Shown in pieces: positions 29,781 through 44,300 of a stretch of DNA of 64,000 bases. A model generated the notes under the pieces. That model ran no database searches. It saw nothing but the letters and a program-made list of their open reading frames with translations, and was not told the DNA's origin. A program made the position numbers and the translations under genes. This DNA comes from Lytechinus pictus. Lineage: Eukaryota. Each line of letters begins with the position of its first letter. Position 1 is the stretch's first letter. Location: assembly GCF_037042905.1 (NCBI RefSeq), contig NC_087252.1, forward strand, positions 16,866,001 to 16,930,000, read 5' to 3'.

Positions 29781-30775
29781 CACTACTACTACTATACCAT
29801 TATCACTTCTACTACTACTACTACTAATACTACTACTACTACTCTTTCTATACTACTATTACTGATACGACTTCTACTACTACTACTACTACTGCTACTA
29901 CTACCTCTACTTCTTCTACTAGTACTAGTACTACTACTTTTGGTTTCTTTCAGAGGGCAAATTTTACATGGGGTAACGCCCTTACTCCATTAAAAAAAAC
30001 TACAGACTACATTAATACAATTCTATTTGTTTTTTATTATAAGTCGCTTTTAGCGCATCATATGTCAGTTTCACAATATTTTATTTCCACGTTTTTGATA
30101 CCCCATAAAAATACTACGTTTTGAAAATGTCTGATGGTCATTTTCAGACTAAAACCCATGTATGTTATTTGTTGCAAGATTAGAATAACAAAAGATATGT
30201 TTGTATTCAATATGTTAAGCAGAATATTTACGAAGGACGTTTTATGGTAACATTCGGTTATTACAATACTATTCTGTTTAATGTAGCCCTTTTACAGATA
30301 TATTGTTACCCCGGTCAACGGATCCTGTCTTTCCCGCGCACTTTACTATGCACTTTCTCCATTCCCTGTGGAGCATTTCAACAAACATTTTAAGATAAAC
30401 AGCTAGGCATACTACAGTATCTTTTGCATCATATCTGGTACACGTTTGACACTTTAGTGGAGAGTGGCAAATTGTGGAACGACGCCTTCAATCTTGCATA
30501 ATTTTCTTTTGATTTGAGATATAGTTTTGTATTCATGGTATGTAAGAACCAATTTGGTATTTTGCTTGAGATCCGTGTTATAAAAATGTGAAAAAATAAA
30601 ACAAATTGAAAGTGAAATGAACCATATCCATTGTCATCGTGTTAATATCATTTGCATTTTTTTTAAATACTTGACACTAGAATGTTCACAGCTTTTATTT
30701 ATAATAATGAATACTAGTACTACTACTTATACAACAACTACTAATGCTACTATTACTACTACTATTACTACTACT

Positions 30776-30812
<37 letters not shown>

Positions 30813-30848
30813 TTACTAATACGACCACCACTACTACTACAACTACTC

Positions 30849-30887
<39 letters not shown>

Positions 30888-32103
30888 TTACTAATACGAC
30901 CACCACTACTACTACAACTACTCCTCCTACTACTACTACTACTACATCTACAACTACTACTAATACTACTACATGTATTTCTATACTACCACTAATACTA
31001 CTTATACTACTACTACTACTACTATTTCTACTAGAACTAGTACTACTACTCTTAGATTGTTCCAGAGGCAAATTCTACATGGGGTAACGCCCTTGACCCC
31101 ATTAAAAAAACTGCACTTCATTAATACAGATCTATTTGTTTTTAATTATCAGTCGCATTAGGGCATCAAATGTCAGTTTCAAAATACTATATTTTCACGT
31201 TTTTTGATACTCCATGTAAATACTGCATTTTGAAAATGGCTGATGGTCATTTTTAGACTACAACCCATGTAGGTTAATTGTTGCAATTTTAGAAAACTAA
31301 AAGGTATGTTTGTACTGAATATATTAGGCAGAATATTTACGAACGACGTTTTATGGTAACATTCGTTTTCTTTCCAATACAACTCTATTTTATGTAGCCC
31401 TTATACAGGTATATTGTTATCCTGGTCAACGGATCCTGTCTTTCAGGTGCACTTTATTATGCACTTTCTCCATTCCCTGGGGAACATTTCAACAAACAAT
31501 TTATAACAAATAGCTAGGCATACTACAACATCTTTTGCACCACACCTGGTACACATTTAACACTTTAGTGGAGAGTGGAAAATTGTGGAACGAAGCCTTC
31601 AACCTTGAATAATTTTGTTTCGATTTCAGATTTAGTTTCTTTTTAAGTCTAAACATGTTATTTATTTTGTATTCATGGTATGTAAGAACCAATACGGTAT
31701 TTTGCTTTAGATCCGTGTTAAAAAAAGGAGAAAAAAAAATAAATTGAAAATGAAATGAATCATATCCACTGCGTTAACATCATTTGCATTTTTTTCTTTC
31801 AATATCTGACACTGGAATGTTCACATTTTGTTATTAATGAATATTTGTACTAATACTTCTACAACTACTACTTTTATTAAACCGCTACTACTCTGTAAAA
31901 AATGAAGTGCTAATTTAGTAATTACAGTGCTTGTACGAGTGCTAATTGTTTTGGTTTAAATTTGAACTAAAATATAGGCACTCGTAGTGCAGTCACTATA
32001 GAAGCACTGTAAGTGCTAAATTACCACTTCATTTTTTACAGTGTACCACTACTGCTTCTACTACTACTGCTACTTCTACTATTACTACTACTACTACTGC
32101 TAT

Positions 32104-32136
<33 letters not shown>

Positions 32137-34369
32137 CACTACTACAACTATACCATTATCACTTCTACTCCTACTACTACTAATACTACTACTACTACTC
32201 TTTCTATACTACTATTACTGATACGACTTCTACTACTACTACTACTACTGCTACTACTACCTCTACTTCTTCTACTAGTACTAGTACTACTACTTTTGGT
32301 TTCTTTCAGAGGGCAAATTTTACATGGGGTAACGCCCTTGACTCCATTAAAAAAAACTACAGACTACATTAATACAGTTCTATTTGTTTTTAATTATAAG
32401 TCGCTTTTAGCGCATCATATGTCAGTTTCACAATATTTTATTTCCACGTTTTTGATACCCCATAAAAATACTACGTTTTGAAAATGTCTGATGGTCATTT
32501 TCAGACTAAAACCCATGTATGTTATTTGTTGCAAGTTTAGAATGACAAAAGATATGTTTGTATTCAATATGTTAAGCAGAATATTTACGAAGGACGTTTT
32601 ATGGTAACATTCGGTTTTTACAATACTATTCTGTTTTATGTAGCCCTTTTACAGATATATTGTTACCCCGGTCAACGGATCCTGTCTTTCCCGCGCACTT
32701 TACTATGCACTTTCTCCATTCCCTGTGGAGCATTTCAACAAACATTTTAAGATAAACAGCTAGGCATACTACAGTATCTTTTGCATCATATCTGGTACAC
32801 GTTTGACACTTTAGTGGAGAGTGGCAAATTGTGGAACGACGCCTTCAACCTTGCATAATTTTCTTTTGATTTGAGATTTAGTTTCGTTTTAAGTCTAAAC
32901 ATGTTATTTCTTTTGTATTCATGGTATGTAAGAACCAATTTGGTATTTTGCTTGAGATCCGTGTTATAAAAATGTGAAAAAATAAAACAAATTGAAAGTG
33001 AAATGAACCATATCCACTGTCATCGTGTTAACATCATTTGCATTTTTTTTCAATACTTGACACTGGAATGTTCACAGCTTTTATTTATAATAATGAATAC
33101 TAGTACTACTACTTAAAAACAAATACTAATGCTACTATTACTACAACTATTACTACTACTACCACCACTACTACTACAACTACTCCTCCTCCTACTACTA
33201 CTACTACTACATCTACAACTACTACTAATACTACTATTTCTATACTACCACTAATACTACTTATACTACTACTACTACTACTACTACTATTTCTACTAGA
33301 ACTAGTAATACTACTCTTAGATTGTTCCAGAGGCAAATTCTACATGGGGTAACGCCCTTGACCCCATTAAAAAAACTGCACTTCATTAATACAGATCTAT
33401 TTGTTTTTAATTATCAGTCGCATTAGGGCATCAAATGTCAGTTTCAAAATACTATATTTTCACGTTTTTTGATACTCCATGTAAATACTGCATTTTGAAA
33501 ATGGCTGATGGTCATTTTTAGACTACAACCCATGTAGGTTAATTGTTGCAATTTTAGAAAACTAAAAGGTATGTTTGTACTGGATATATTAGGCAGAATA
33601 TTTACGAACGACGTTTTATGGTAACATTCGTTTTCTTTCCAATACAACTCTATTTTATGTAGCCCTTATACAGGTATATTGTTATCCTGGTCAACGGATC
33701 CTGTCTTTCAGGTGCACTTTATTATGCACTTTCTCCATTCCCTGGGGAACATTTCAACAAACAATTTATAACAAATAGCTAGGCATACTACAACATCTTT
33801 TGCACCATACCTGGTACACATTTAACACTTTAGTGGAGAGTGGAAAATTGTGGAACGAAGCCTTCAACCTTGAATAATTTTGTTTCGATTTCAGATTTAG
33901 TTTCTTTTTTAAGTCTAAACATGTTATTTATTTTGTATTCATGGTATGTAAGAACCAATACGGTATTTTGCTTTAGATCCGTGTTAAAAAAAGGAGAAAA
34001 AAAAATAAATTGAAAATGAAATGAATCATATCCACTGCGTTAACATCATTTGCATTTTTTTCTTTCAATATCTGACACTGGAATGTTCACATTTTGTTAT
34101 TAATGAATATTTGTACTAATACTTCTACAACTACTACTTTTATTAAACCGCTACTACTCTGTAAAAAATGAAGTGCTAATTTAGTAATTACAGTGCTTGT
34201 ACGAGTGCTAATTGTTTTGGTTTAAATTTGAACTAAAATATAGGCACTCGTAGTGCAGTCACTATAGAAGCACTGTAAGTGCTAAATTACCACTTCATTT
34301 TTTACAGTGTACCACTACTGCTTCTACTACTACTGCTACTTCTACTATTACTACTACTACTACTGCTAT

Positions 34370-34402
<33 letters not shown>

Positions 34403-36637
34403 CACTACTACAACTATACCATTATCACTTCTACTCCTACTACTACTAATACTACTACTACTACTCTTTCTATACTACTATTACTGATACGACTTCTACT
34501 ACTACTACTACTACTGCTACTACTACCTCTACTTCTTCTACTAGTACTAGTACTACTACTTTTGGTTTCTTTCAGAGGGCAAATTTTACATGGGGTAACG
34601 CCCTTGACTCCATTAAAAAAAACTACAGACTACATTAATACAGTTCTATTTGTTTTTAATTATAAGTCGCTTTTAGCGCATCATATGTCAGTTTCACAAT
34701 ATTTTATTTCCACGTTTTTGATACCCCATAAAAATACTACGTTTTGAAAATGTCTGATGGTCATTTTCAGACTAAAACCCATGTATGTTATTTGTTGCAA
34801 GTTTAGAATGACAAAAGATATGTTTGTATTCAATATGTTAAGCAGAATATTTACGAAGGACGTTTTATGGTAACATTCGGTTTTTACAATACTATTCTGT
34901 TTTATGTAGCCCTTTTACAGATATATTGTTACCCCGGTCAACGGATCCTGTCTTTCCCGCGCACTTTACTATGCACTTTCTCCATTCCCTGTGGAGCATT
35001 TCAACAAACATTTTAAGATAAACAGCTAGGCATACTACAGTATCTTTTGCATCATATCTGGTACACGTTTGACACTTTAGTGGAGAGTGGCAAATTGTGG
35101 AACGACGCCTTCAACCTTGCATAATTTTCTTTTGATTTGAGATTTAGTTTCGTTTTAAGTCTAAACATGTTATTTCTTTTGTATTCATGGTATGTAAGAA
35201 CCAATTTGGTATTTTGCTTGAGATCCGTGTTATAAAAATGTGAAAAAATAAAACAAATTGAAAGTGAAATGAACCATATCCACTGTCATCGTGTTAACAT
35301 CATTTGCATTTTTTTTCAATACTTGACACTGGAATGTTCACAGCTTTTATTTATAATAATGAATACTAGTACTACTACTTATACAACAACTACTAATGCT
35401 ACTATTACTACAACTATTACTACTACTACCACCACTACTACTACAACTACTCCTCCTACTACTACTACTACTACTACATCTACAACTACTACTAATACTA
35501 CTATTTCTATACTACCACTAATACTACTTATACTACTACTACTACTACTACTACTATTTCTACTAGAACTAGTAATACTACTCTTAGATTGTTCCAGAGG
35601 CAAATTCTACATGGGGTAACGCCCTTGACCCCATTAAAAAAACTGCACTTCATTAATACAGATCTATTTGTTTTTAATTATCAGTCGCATTAGGGCATCA
35701 AATGTCAGTTTCAAAATACTATATTTTCACGTTTTTTGATACTCCATGTAAATACTGCATTTTGAAAATGGCTGATGGTCATTTTTAGACTACAACCCAT
35801 GTAGGTTAATTGTTGCAATTTTAGAAAACTAAAAGGTATGTGTGTACTGGATATATTAGGCAGAATATTTACGAACGACGTTTTATGGTAACATTCGTTT
35901 TCTTTCCAATACAACTCTATTTTATGTAGCCCTTATACAGGTATATTGTTATCCTGGTCAACGGATCCTGTCTTTCAGGTGCACTTTATTATGCACTTTC
36001 TCCATTCCCTGGGGAACATTTCAACAAACAATTTATAACAAATAGCTAGGCATACTACAACATCTTTTGCACCATACCTGGTACACATTTAACACTTTAG
36101 TGGAGAGTGGAAAATTGTGGAACGAAGCCTTCAACCTTGAATAATTTTGTTTCGATTTCAGATTTAGTTTCTTTTTTAAGTCTAAACATGTTATTTATTT
36201 TGTATTCATGGTATGTAAGAACCAATACGGTATTTTGCTTTAGATCCGTGTTAAAAAAAGGAGAAAAAAAAAATAAATTGAAAATGAAATGAATCATATC
36301 CACTGCGTTAACATCATTTGCATTTTTTTCTTTCAATATCTGACACTGGAATGTTCACATTTTGTTATTAATGAATATTTGTACTAATACTTCTACAACT
36401 ACTACTTTTATTAAACCGCTACTACTCTGTAAAAAATGAAGTGCTAATTTAGTAATTACAGTGCTTGTACGAGTGCTAATTGTTTTGGTTTAAATTTGAA
36501 CTAAAATATAGGCACTCGTAGTGCAGTCACTATAGAAGCACTGTAAGTGCTAAATTACCACTTCATTTTTTACAGTGTACCACTACTGCTTCTACTACTA
36601 CTGCTACTTCTACTATTACTACTACTACTACTACTAT

Positions 36638-36670
<33 letters not shown>

Positions 36671-37726
36671 CACTACTACTACTATACCATTATCACTTCT
36701 ACTACTACTACTACTAATACTACTACTACTACTCTTTCTATACTACTATTACTGATACGACTTCTACTACTACTACTACTACTACTGCTACTACTACCTC
36801 TACTTCTTCTACTAGTACTAGTACTACTACTTTTGGTTTCTTTCAGAGGGCAAATTTTACATGGGGTAACGCCCTTGACTCCATTAACAAAAACTACAGA
36901 CTACATTAATACAGTTCTATTTGTTTTTAATTATAAGTCGCTTTTAGCGCATCATATGTCAGTTTCACAATATTTTATTTCCACGTTTTTGATACCCCAT
37001 AAAAATACTACGTTTTGAAAATGTCTGATGGTCATTTTCAGACTAAAACCCATGTATGTTATTTGTTGCAAGTTTAGAATAACAAAAGATATGTTTGTAT
37101 TCAATATGTTAAGCAGAATATTTACGAAGGACGTTTTATGGTAACATTCGGTTTTTACAATACTATTCTGTTTTATGTAGCCCTTTTACAGATATATTGT
37201 TACCCCGGTCAACGGATACTGTCTTTCCCGCGCACTTTACTATGCACTTTCTCCATTCCCTGTGGAGCATTTCAACAAACATTTTAAGATAAACAGCTAG
37301 GCATACTACAGTATCTTTTGCATCATATCTGGTACACGTTTGACACTTTAGTGGAGAGTGGCAAATTATGGAACGACGCCTTCAACCTTGCATAATTTTC
37401 TTTTGATTTGAGATTTAGTTTCGTTTTAAGTCTAAACATGTTATTTCTTTTGTATTCATGGTATGTAAGAACCAATTTGGTATTTTGCTTGAGATCCGTG
37501 TTATAAAAAGGACAAAAAATAAAATAAATTGAAAGTGAAATGAACCATATCCACTGTCATCGTGTTAACATCATTTGCATTTTTTTTTCAATACTTGACA
37601 CTGGAATGTTCACAGCTTTTATTTATAATAATGAATACTAGTACTACTACTTATACAACAACTACTACTGCTACTACTACTACTACTATTACTACTACTA
37701 CCACCACTACAACAACAACAACAACA

Positions 37727-37775
<49 letters not shown>

Positions 37776-38964
37776 TTACTAATACGACCACCACTACTAA
37801 TACAACTACTCCTCCTACTACTACTACTACATCTACTACTACTACTAATACTACTATTACTATACTACCACTAATACTACTTCTACTACTACTACTACTA
37901 TTTCTACTAGAACTAGTACTACTACTCTTAGATTCTTCCAGAGGGCAAATTCTACATGGGGTAACGCCCTTGACCCAATTTAAAAACCTGCAGACTTCAT
38001 TAATACAGATCTATTTGTTTTTAATTATCAGTCGCATTAGGGCATCAAATGTCAGTTTCAAAATACTATATTTTCACGTTTTTTGATACTCCATGTAAAT
38101 ACTGCATTTTGAAAATGGCTGATGGTCATTTTTAGACTACAACCCATGTAGGTTCATTGTTGCAATTTTAGAAAACTAAAAGGTATGTTTGTACTGAATA
38201 TATTAGGCAGAATATTTACGAACGACGTTTTATGGTAACATTCGTTTTCTTTCCAATACAACTCTATTTTATGTAGCCCTTATACAGGTATATTGTTATC
38301 CTGGTCAACGGATCCTGTCTTTCCGGCGCACTTTATTATGCACTTTCTCCATTCCCTGGGGAACATTTCAACAAACAATTTATAACAAATAGCTAGGCAT
38401 ACTACAACATCTTTTGCACCATACCTGGTACACATTTAACACTTTAGTGGAGAGTGGAAAATTGTGGAACGACGCCTTCAACCTTGAATAATTTTGTTTC
38501 GATTTCAGATTTAGTTTCTTTTTAAGTCTAAACATGTTATTTATTTTGTATTCATGGTATGTAAGAACCTATACGGTATTTTGCTTTAGATCCGTGTTAA
38601 AAAAAGGAGAAAAAAAAATAAATTGAAAATGAAATGAATCATATCCACTGCGTTAACATCATTTGCATTTTTTTCTTTCAATATCTGACACTGGAATGTT
38701 CACATTTTGTTATTAATGAATATTTGTACTAATACTTCTACAACTACTACTTTTATTAAACCGCTACTACTCTGTAAAAAATGAAGTGCTAATTTAGTAA
38801 TTACAGTGCTTGTACGAGTGCTAATTGATTTGGTTTAAATTTGAACTAAAATATAGGCACTCGTAGTGCAGTCACTATAGAAGCACTGTAAGTGCTAAAT
38901 TACCAATTCATTTTTTACAGTTTACCACTACTGCTACTTCTACTATTACTGCTACTACTACTAT

Positions 38965-39000
<36 letters not shown>

Positions 39001-40052
39001 CACTACTACTACTATACCATTATCACTTCTACTACTACTACTAATACTACTACTACTACACTTACTATACTACTATTACTGATACGACTCCTACTCCTAC
39101 TACTACTGCTACTACTACTACTACCTCTACTTCTTCTACTAGTACTAGTACTACTACTTTTGGTTTCTTTCAGAGGGCAAATTTTACATGGGGTAACGCC
39201 CTTGACTCCATTAAAAAAAACTACAGACTTCATTAATACAGTTATATTTGTTTTTAATTATAAGTCGCTTTTAGCGCATCATATGTCAGTTTCAAATATT
39301 TCATTTCCACGTTTTTGATACCCCATGAAAATACTACGTTATGAAAATGTCTGATGGTCATTTTCAGACTAAAACCCATGTATGTTATTTGTTGCAAGTT
39401 CAGAATAACAAAAGATATGTTTGTATTCAATATGTTAAGCAGAATATCTACGAAGGACGTTTTATGGTAACATTCGGTTTTTACAATACAATTCTGTTTT
39501 ATGTAGTCCTTTTACAGATATATTGTTACCCCGGTCAACGGATCCTATCTTTCCCGCACACTTTATTATGCACTTTCTCCATTCCCTGTGGAGCATTTCA
39601 ACAAACATTTTAAGATAAACAGCTAGGCATACTACAGTATCTTTTGCACAATATCTGGTACACGTTTGACACTTTAGTGGAGAGTGGCAAATTGTGGAAC
39701 GACGCCTTCAACCTTGCATAATTTTCTTTTGATTTGAGATTTAGTTTCGTTTTAAGTCTAAACATGTTATTTCTTTTGTATTCATGGTATGTAAGAACCA
39801 ATTTGGTATTTTGCTTGAGATCCGTGTTATAAAAAGGACAAAAAATAAAATAAATTGAAAGTGAAATGAACCATATCCACTGTCATCGTGTTAACATCAT
39901 TTGCATTTTTTTTTCAATACTTGACACTGGAATGTTCACAGCTTTTATTTATAATAATGAATACTAGTACTACTACTTATACAACAACTACTACTGCTAC
40001 TACTACTACTACTATTACTACTACTACCACCACTACAACAACAACAACAACA

Positions 40053-40101
<49 letters not shown>

Positions 40102-41290
40102 TTACTAATACGACCACCACTACTAATACAACTACTCCTCCTACTACTACTACTACATCTACTACTACTACTAATACTACTATTACTATACTACCACTAA
40201 TACTACTTCTACTACTACTACTACTATTTCTACTAGAACTAGTACTACTACTCTTAGATTCTTCCAGAGGGCAAATTCTACATGGGGTAACGCCCTTGAC
40301 CCAATTTAAAAACCTGCAGACTTCATTAATACAGATCTATTTGTTTTTAATTATCAGTCGCATTAGGGCATCAAATGTCAGTTTCAAAATACTATATTTT
40401 CACGTTTTTTGATACTCCATGTAAATACTGCATTTTGAAAATGGCTGATGGTCATTTTTAGACTACAACCCATGTAGGTTCATTGTTGCAATTTTAGAAA
40501 ACTAAAAGGTATGTTTGTACTGAATATATTAGGCAGAATATTTACGAACGACGTTTTATGGTAACATTCGTTTTCTTTCCAATACAACTCTATTTTATGT
40601 AGCCCTTATACAGGTATATTGTTATCCTGGTCAACGGATCCTGTCTTTCCGGCGCACTTTATTATGCACTTTCTCCATTCCCTGGGGAACATTTCAACAA
40701 ACAATTTATAACAAATAGCTAGGCATACTACAACATCTTTTGCACCATACCTGGTACACATTTAACACTTTAGTGGAGAGTGGAAAATTGTGGAACGACG
40801 CCTTCAACCTTGAATAATTTTGTTTCGATTTCAGATTTAGTTTCTTTTTAAGTCTAAACATGTTATTTATTTTGTATTCATGGTATGTAAGAACCTATAC
40901 GGTATTTTGCTTTAGATCCGTGTTAAAAAAAGGAGAAAAAAAAATAAATTGAAAATGAAATGAATCATATCCACTGCGTTAACATCATTTGCATTTTTTT
41001 CTTTCAATATCTGACACTGGAATGTTCACATTTTGTTATTAATGAATATTTGTACTAATACTTCTACAACTACTACTTTTATTAAACCGCTACTACTCTG
41101 TAAAAAATGAAGTGCTAATTTAGTAATTACAGTGCTTGTACGAGTGCTAATTGATTTGGTTTAAATTTGAACTAAAATATAGGCACTCGTAGTGCAGTCA
41201 CTATAGAAGCACTGTAAGTGCTAAATTACCAATTCATTTTTTACAGTTTACCACTACTGCTACTTCTACTATTACTGCTACTACTACTAT

Positions 41291-41326
<36 letters not shown>

Positions 41327-44300
41327 CACTACTACTACTATACCATTATCACTTCTACTACTACTACTAATACTACTACTACTACACTTACTATACTACT
41401 ATTACTGATACGACTCCTACTCCTACTACTACTGCTACTACTACTACTACCTCTACTTCTTCTACTAGTACTAGTACTACTACTTTTGGTTTCTTTCAGA
41501 GGGCAAATTTTACATGGGGTAACGCCCTTGACTCCATTAAAAAAAACTACAGACTTCATTAATACAGTTATATTTGTTTTTAATTATAAGTCGCTTTTAG
41601 CGCATCATATGTCAGTTTCAAATATTTCATTTCCACGTTTTTGATACCCCATGAAAATACTACGTTATGAAAATGTCTGATGGTCATTTTCAGACTAAAA
41701 CCCATGTATGTTATTTGTTGCAAGTTCAGAATAACAAAAGATATGTTTGTATTCAATATGTTAAGCAGAATATCTACGAAGGACGTTTTATGGTAACATT
41801 CGGTTTTTACAATACAATTCTGTTTTATGTAGTCCTTTTACAGATATATTGTTACCCCGGTCAACGGATCCTATCTTTCCCGCACACTTTATTATGCACT
41901 TTCTCCATTCCCTGTGGAGCATTTCAACAAACATTTTAAGATAAACAGCTAGGCATACTACAGTATCTTTTGCACAATATCTGGTACACGTTTGACACTT
42001 TAGTGGAGAGTGGCAAATTGTGGAACGACGCCTTCAACCTTGCATAATTTTCTTTTGATTTGAGATTTAGTTTCGTTTTAAGTCTAAACATGTTATTTCT
42101 TTTGTATTCATGGTATGTAAGAACCAATTTGGTATTTTGCTTGAGATCCGTGTTATAAAAACGTGAAAAAATAAAACAAATTGAAAGTGAAATGAACCAT
42201 ATCCATTGTCATCGTGTTAACATCATTTGCATTTTTTTTCAATACTTGACACTGGAATGTTCACAGCTTTTATTTATAATAATGAATACTAGTACTACTA
42301 CTTATACAACAACTACTACTGCTACTACTACTACTACTATTACTACTACTACCACCACCACTACTACTACAACAACAACTACTACTAGTACTACTACTAC
42401 ATCTACTACTACTACTAATACTACTATTACTATACTACCACTAATACTACTTCTACTATTTCTACTAGAACTAGTACTACTACTCTTAGATTCTTCCAGA
42501 GGGCAAATTCTACATGGGGTAACGCCCTTGACCCCATTAAAAAAACTGCAGACTTCATTAATACAGATCTATTTGTTTTTAATTATCAGTCGCATTAGGG
42601 CATCAAATGTCAGTTTCAAAATACTATATTTTCACGTTTTTTGATACTCCATGTAAATACTACGTTTTGAAAATGTCTGATGGTCATTTTCAGACTAAAA
42701 CCCATGTATGTTATTTGATGCAAGTTCAGAATAACAAAAGATATGTTTGTATTCAATATGTTAAGCAGAATATCTACGAAGGACGTTTTATGGTACCATT
42801 CGGTTTTTACAATACAATTCTGTTTTATGTAGTCCTTTTACAGATAAATTGTTACCCCGGTCAACGGATCCTATCTTTCCCGCGCACTTTATTATGCACT
42901 TTCTCCATTCCCTGTGGAGCATTTCAACAAACATTTTAAGATAAACAGCTAGGCATACTACAGTATCTTTTGCACAATATCTGGTACACGTTTGACACTT
43001 TAGTGGAGAGTGGCAAATTGTGGAACGACGCCTTCAACCTTGCATAATTTTCTTTTGATTTGAGATTTAGTTTTGTTTTAAGTCTAAACATGTTATTTCT
43101 TTTGTATTCATGGTATGTAAGAACCAATTTGGTATTTTGCTTGAGATCCGTGTTATAAAAATGTGAAAAAATAAAACAAATTGAAAGTGAAATGAACCAT
43201 ATCCACTATCATCGTGTTAACATCATTTGCATTTTTTTTTCAATACTTGACACTGGAATGTTCACAGCTTTTATTTATAATAATGAATACTAGTACTACT
43301 ACTTATACAACAACTACTACTACTACTACTTCTACTACTTCTACCTCTACTACTACTACTACTACTACTACTATTACTATACTACCACTAATACTACTTT
43401 TACTACTACTACTACCACTACTACTACTATTACTATTTGTACTAGTACTAGTACTTCAACTCTTAAATTCTTCCAGAGGGCAAATTCTACATGGGGTAAC
43501 GCCCTTGACCCTATAAAAAAAAACTACAGACTTCATTAATACAGTTATATTTGTTTTTAATTATAAGTCGCTTTTAGCGCATCATATGTCAGTTTCAAAT
43601 ATTTCATTTCCACGTTTTTGATACCCCATGAAAATACTACGTTATGAAAATGTCTGATGGTCATTTTCAGACCAAAACCCATGTATGTTATTTGTTGCAA
43701 GTTCAGAATAACAAAAGATATGTTTGTATTCAATATGTTAAGCAGAATATCTACGAAGGACGTTTTATGGTAACATTCGGTTTTTACAATACAATTCTGT
43801 TTTATGTAGTCCTTTTACAGATATATTGTTACCCCGGTCAACGGATCCTATCTTTCCCGCGCACTTTATTATGCACTTTCTCCATTCCCTGTGGAGCATT
43901 TCAACAAACATTTTAAGATAAACAGCTAGGCATACTACAGTATCTTTTGCACAATATCTGGTACACGTTTGACACTTTAGTGGAGAGTGGCAAATTGTGG
44001 AACGACGCCTTCAACCTTGCATAATTTTCTTTTGATTTGAGATTTAGTTTCGTTTTAAGTCTAAACATGTTATTTCTTTTGTATTCATGGTATGTAAGAA
44101 CCAATTTGGTATTTTGCTTGAGATCCGTGTTATAAAAACGTGAAAAAATAAAACAAATTGAAAATGAAATGAACCATATCCATTGTCATCGTGTTAACAT
44201 CATTTGCATTTTTTTTCAATACTTGACACTGGAATGTTCACAGCTTTTATTTATAATAATGAATACTAGTACTACTACTTATACAACAACTACTACTGCT

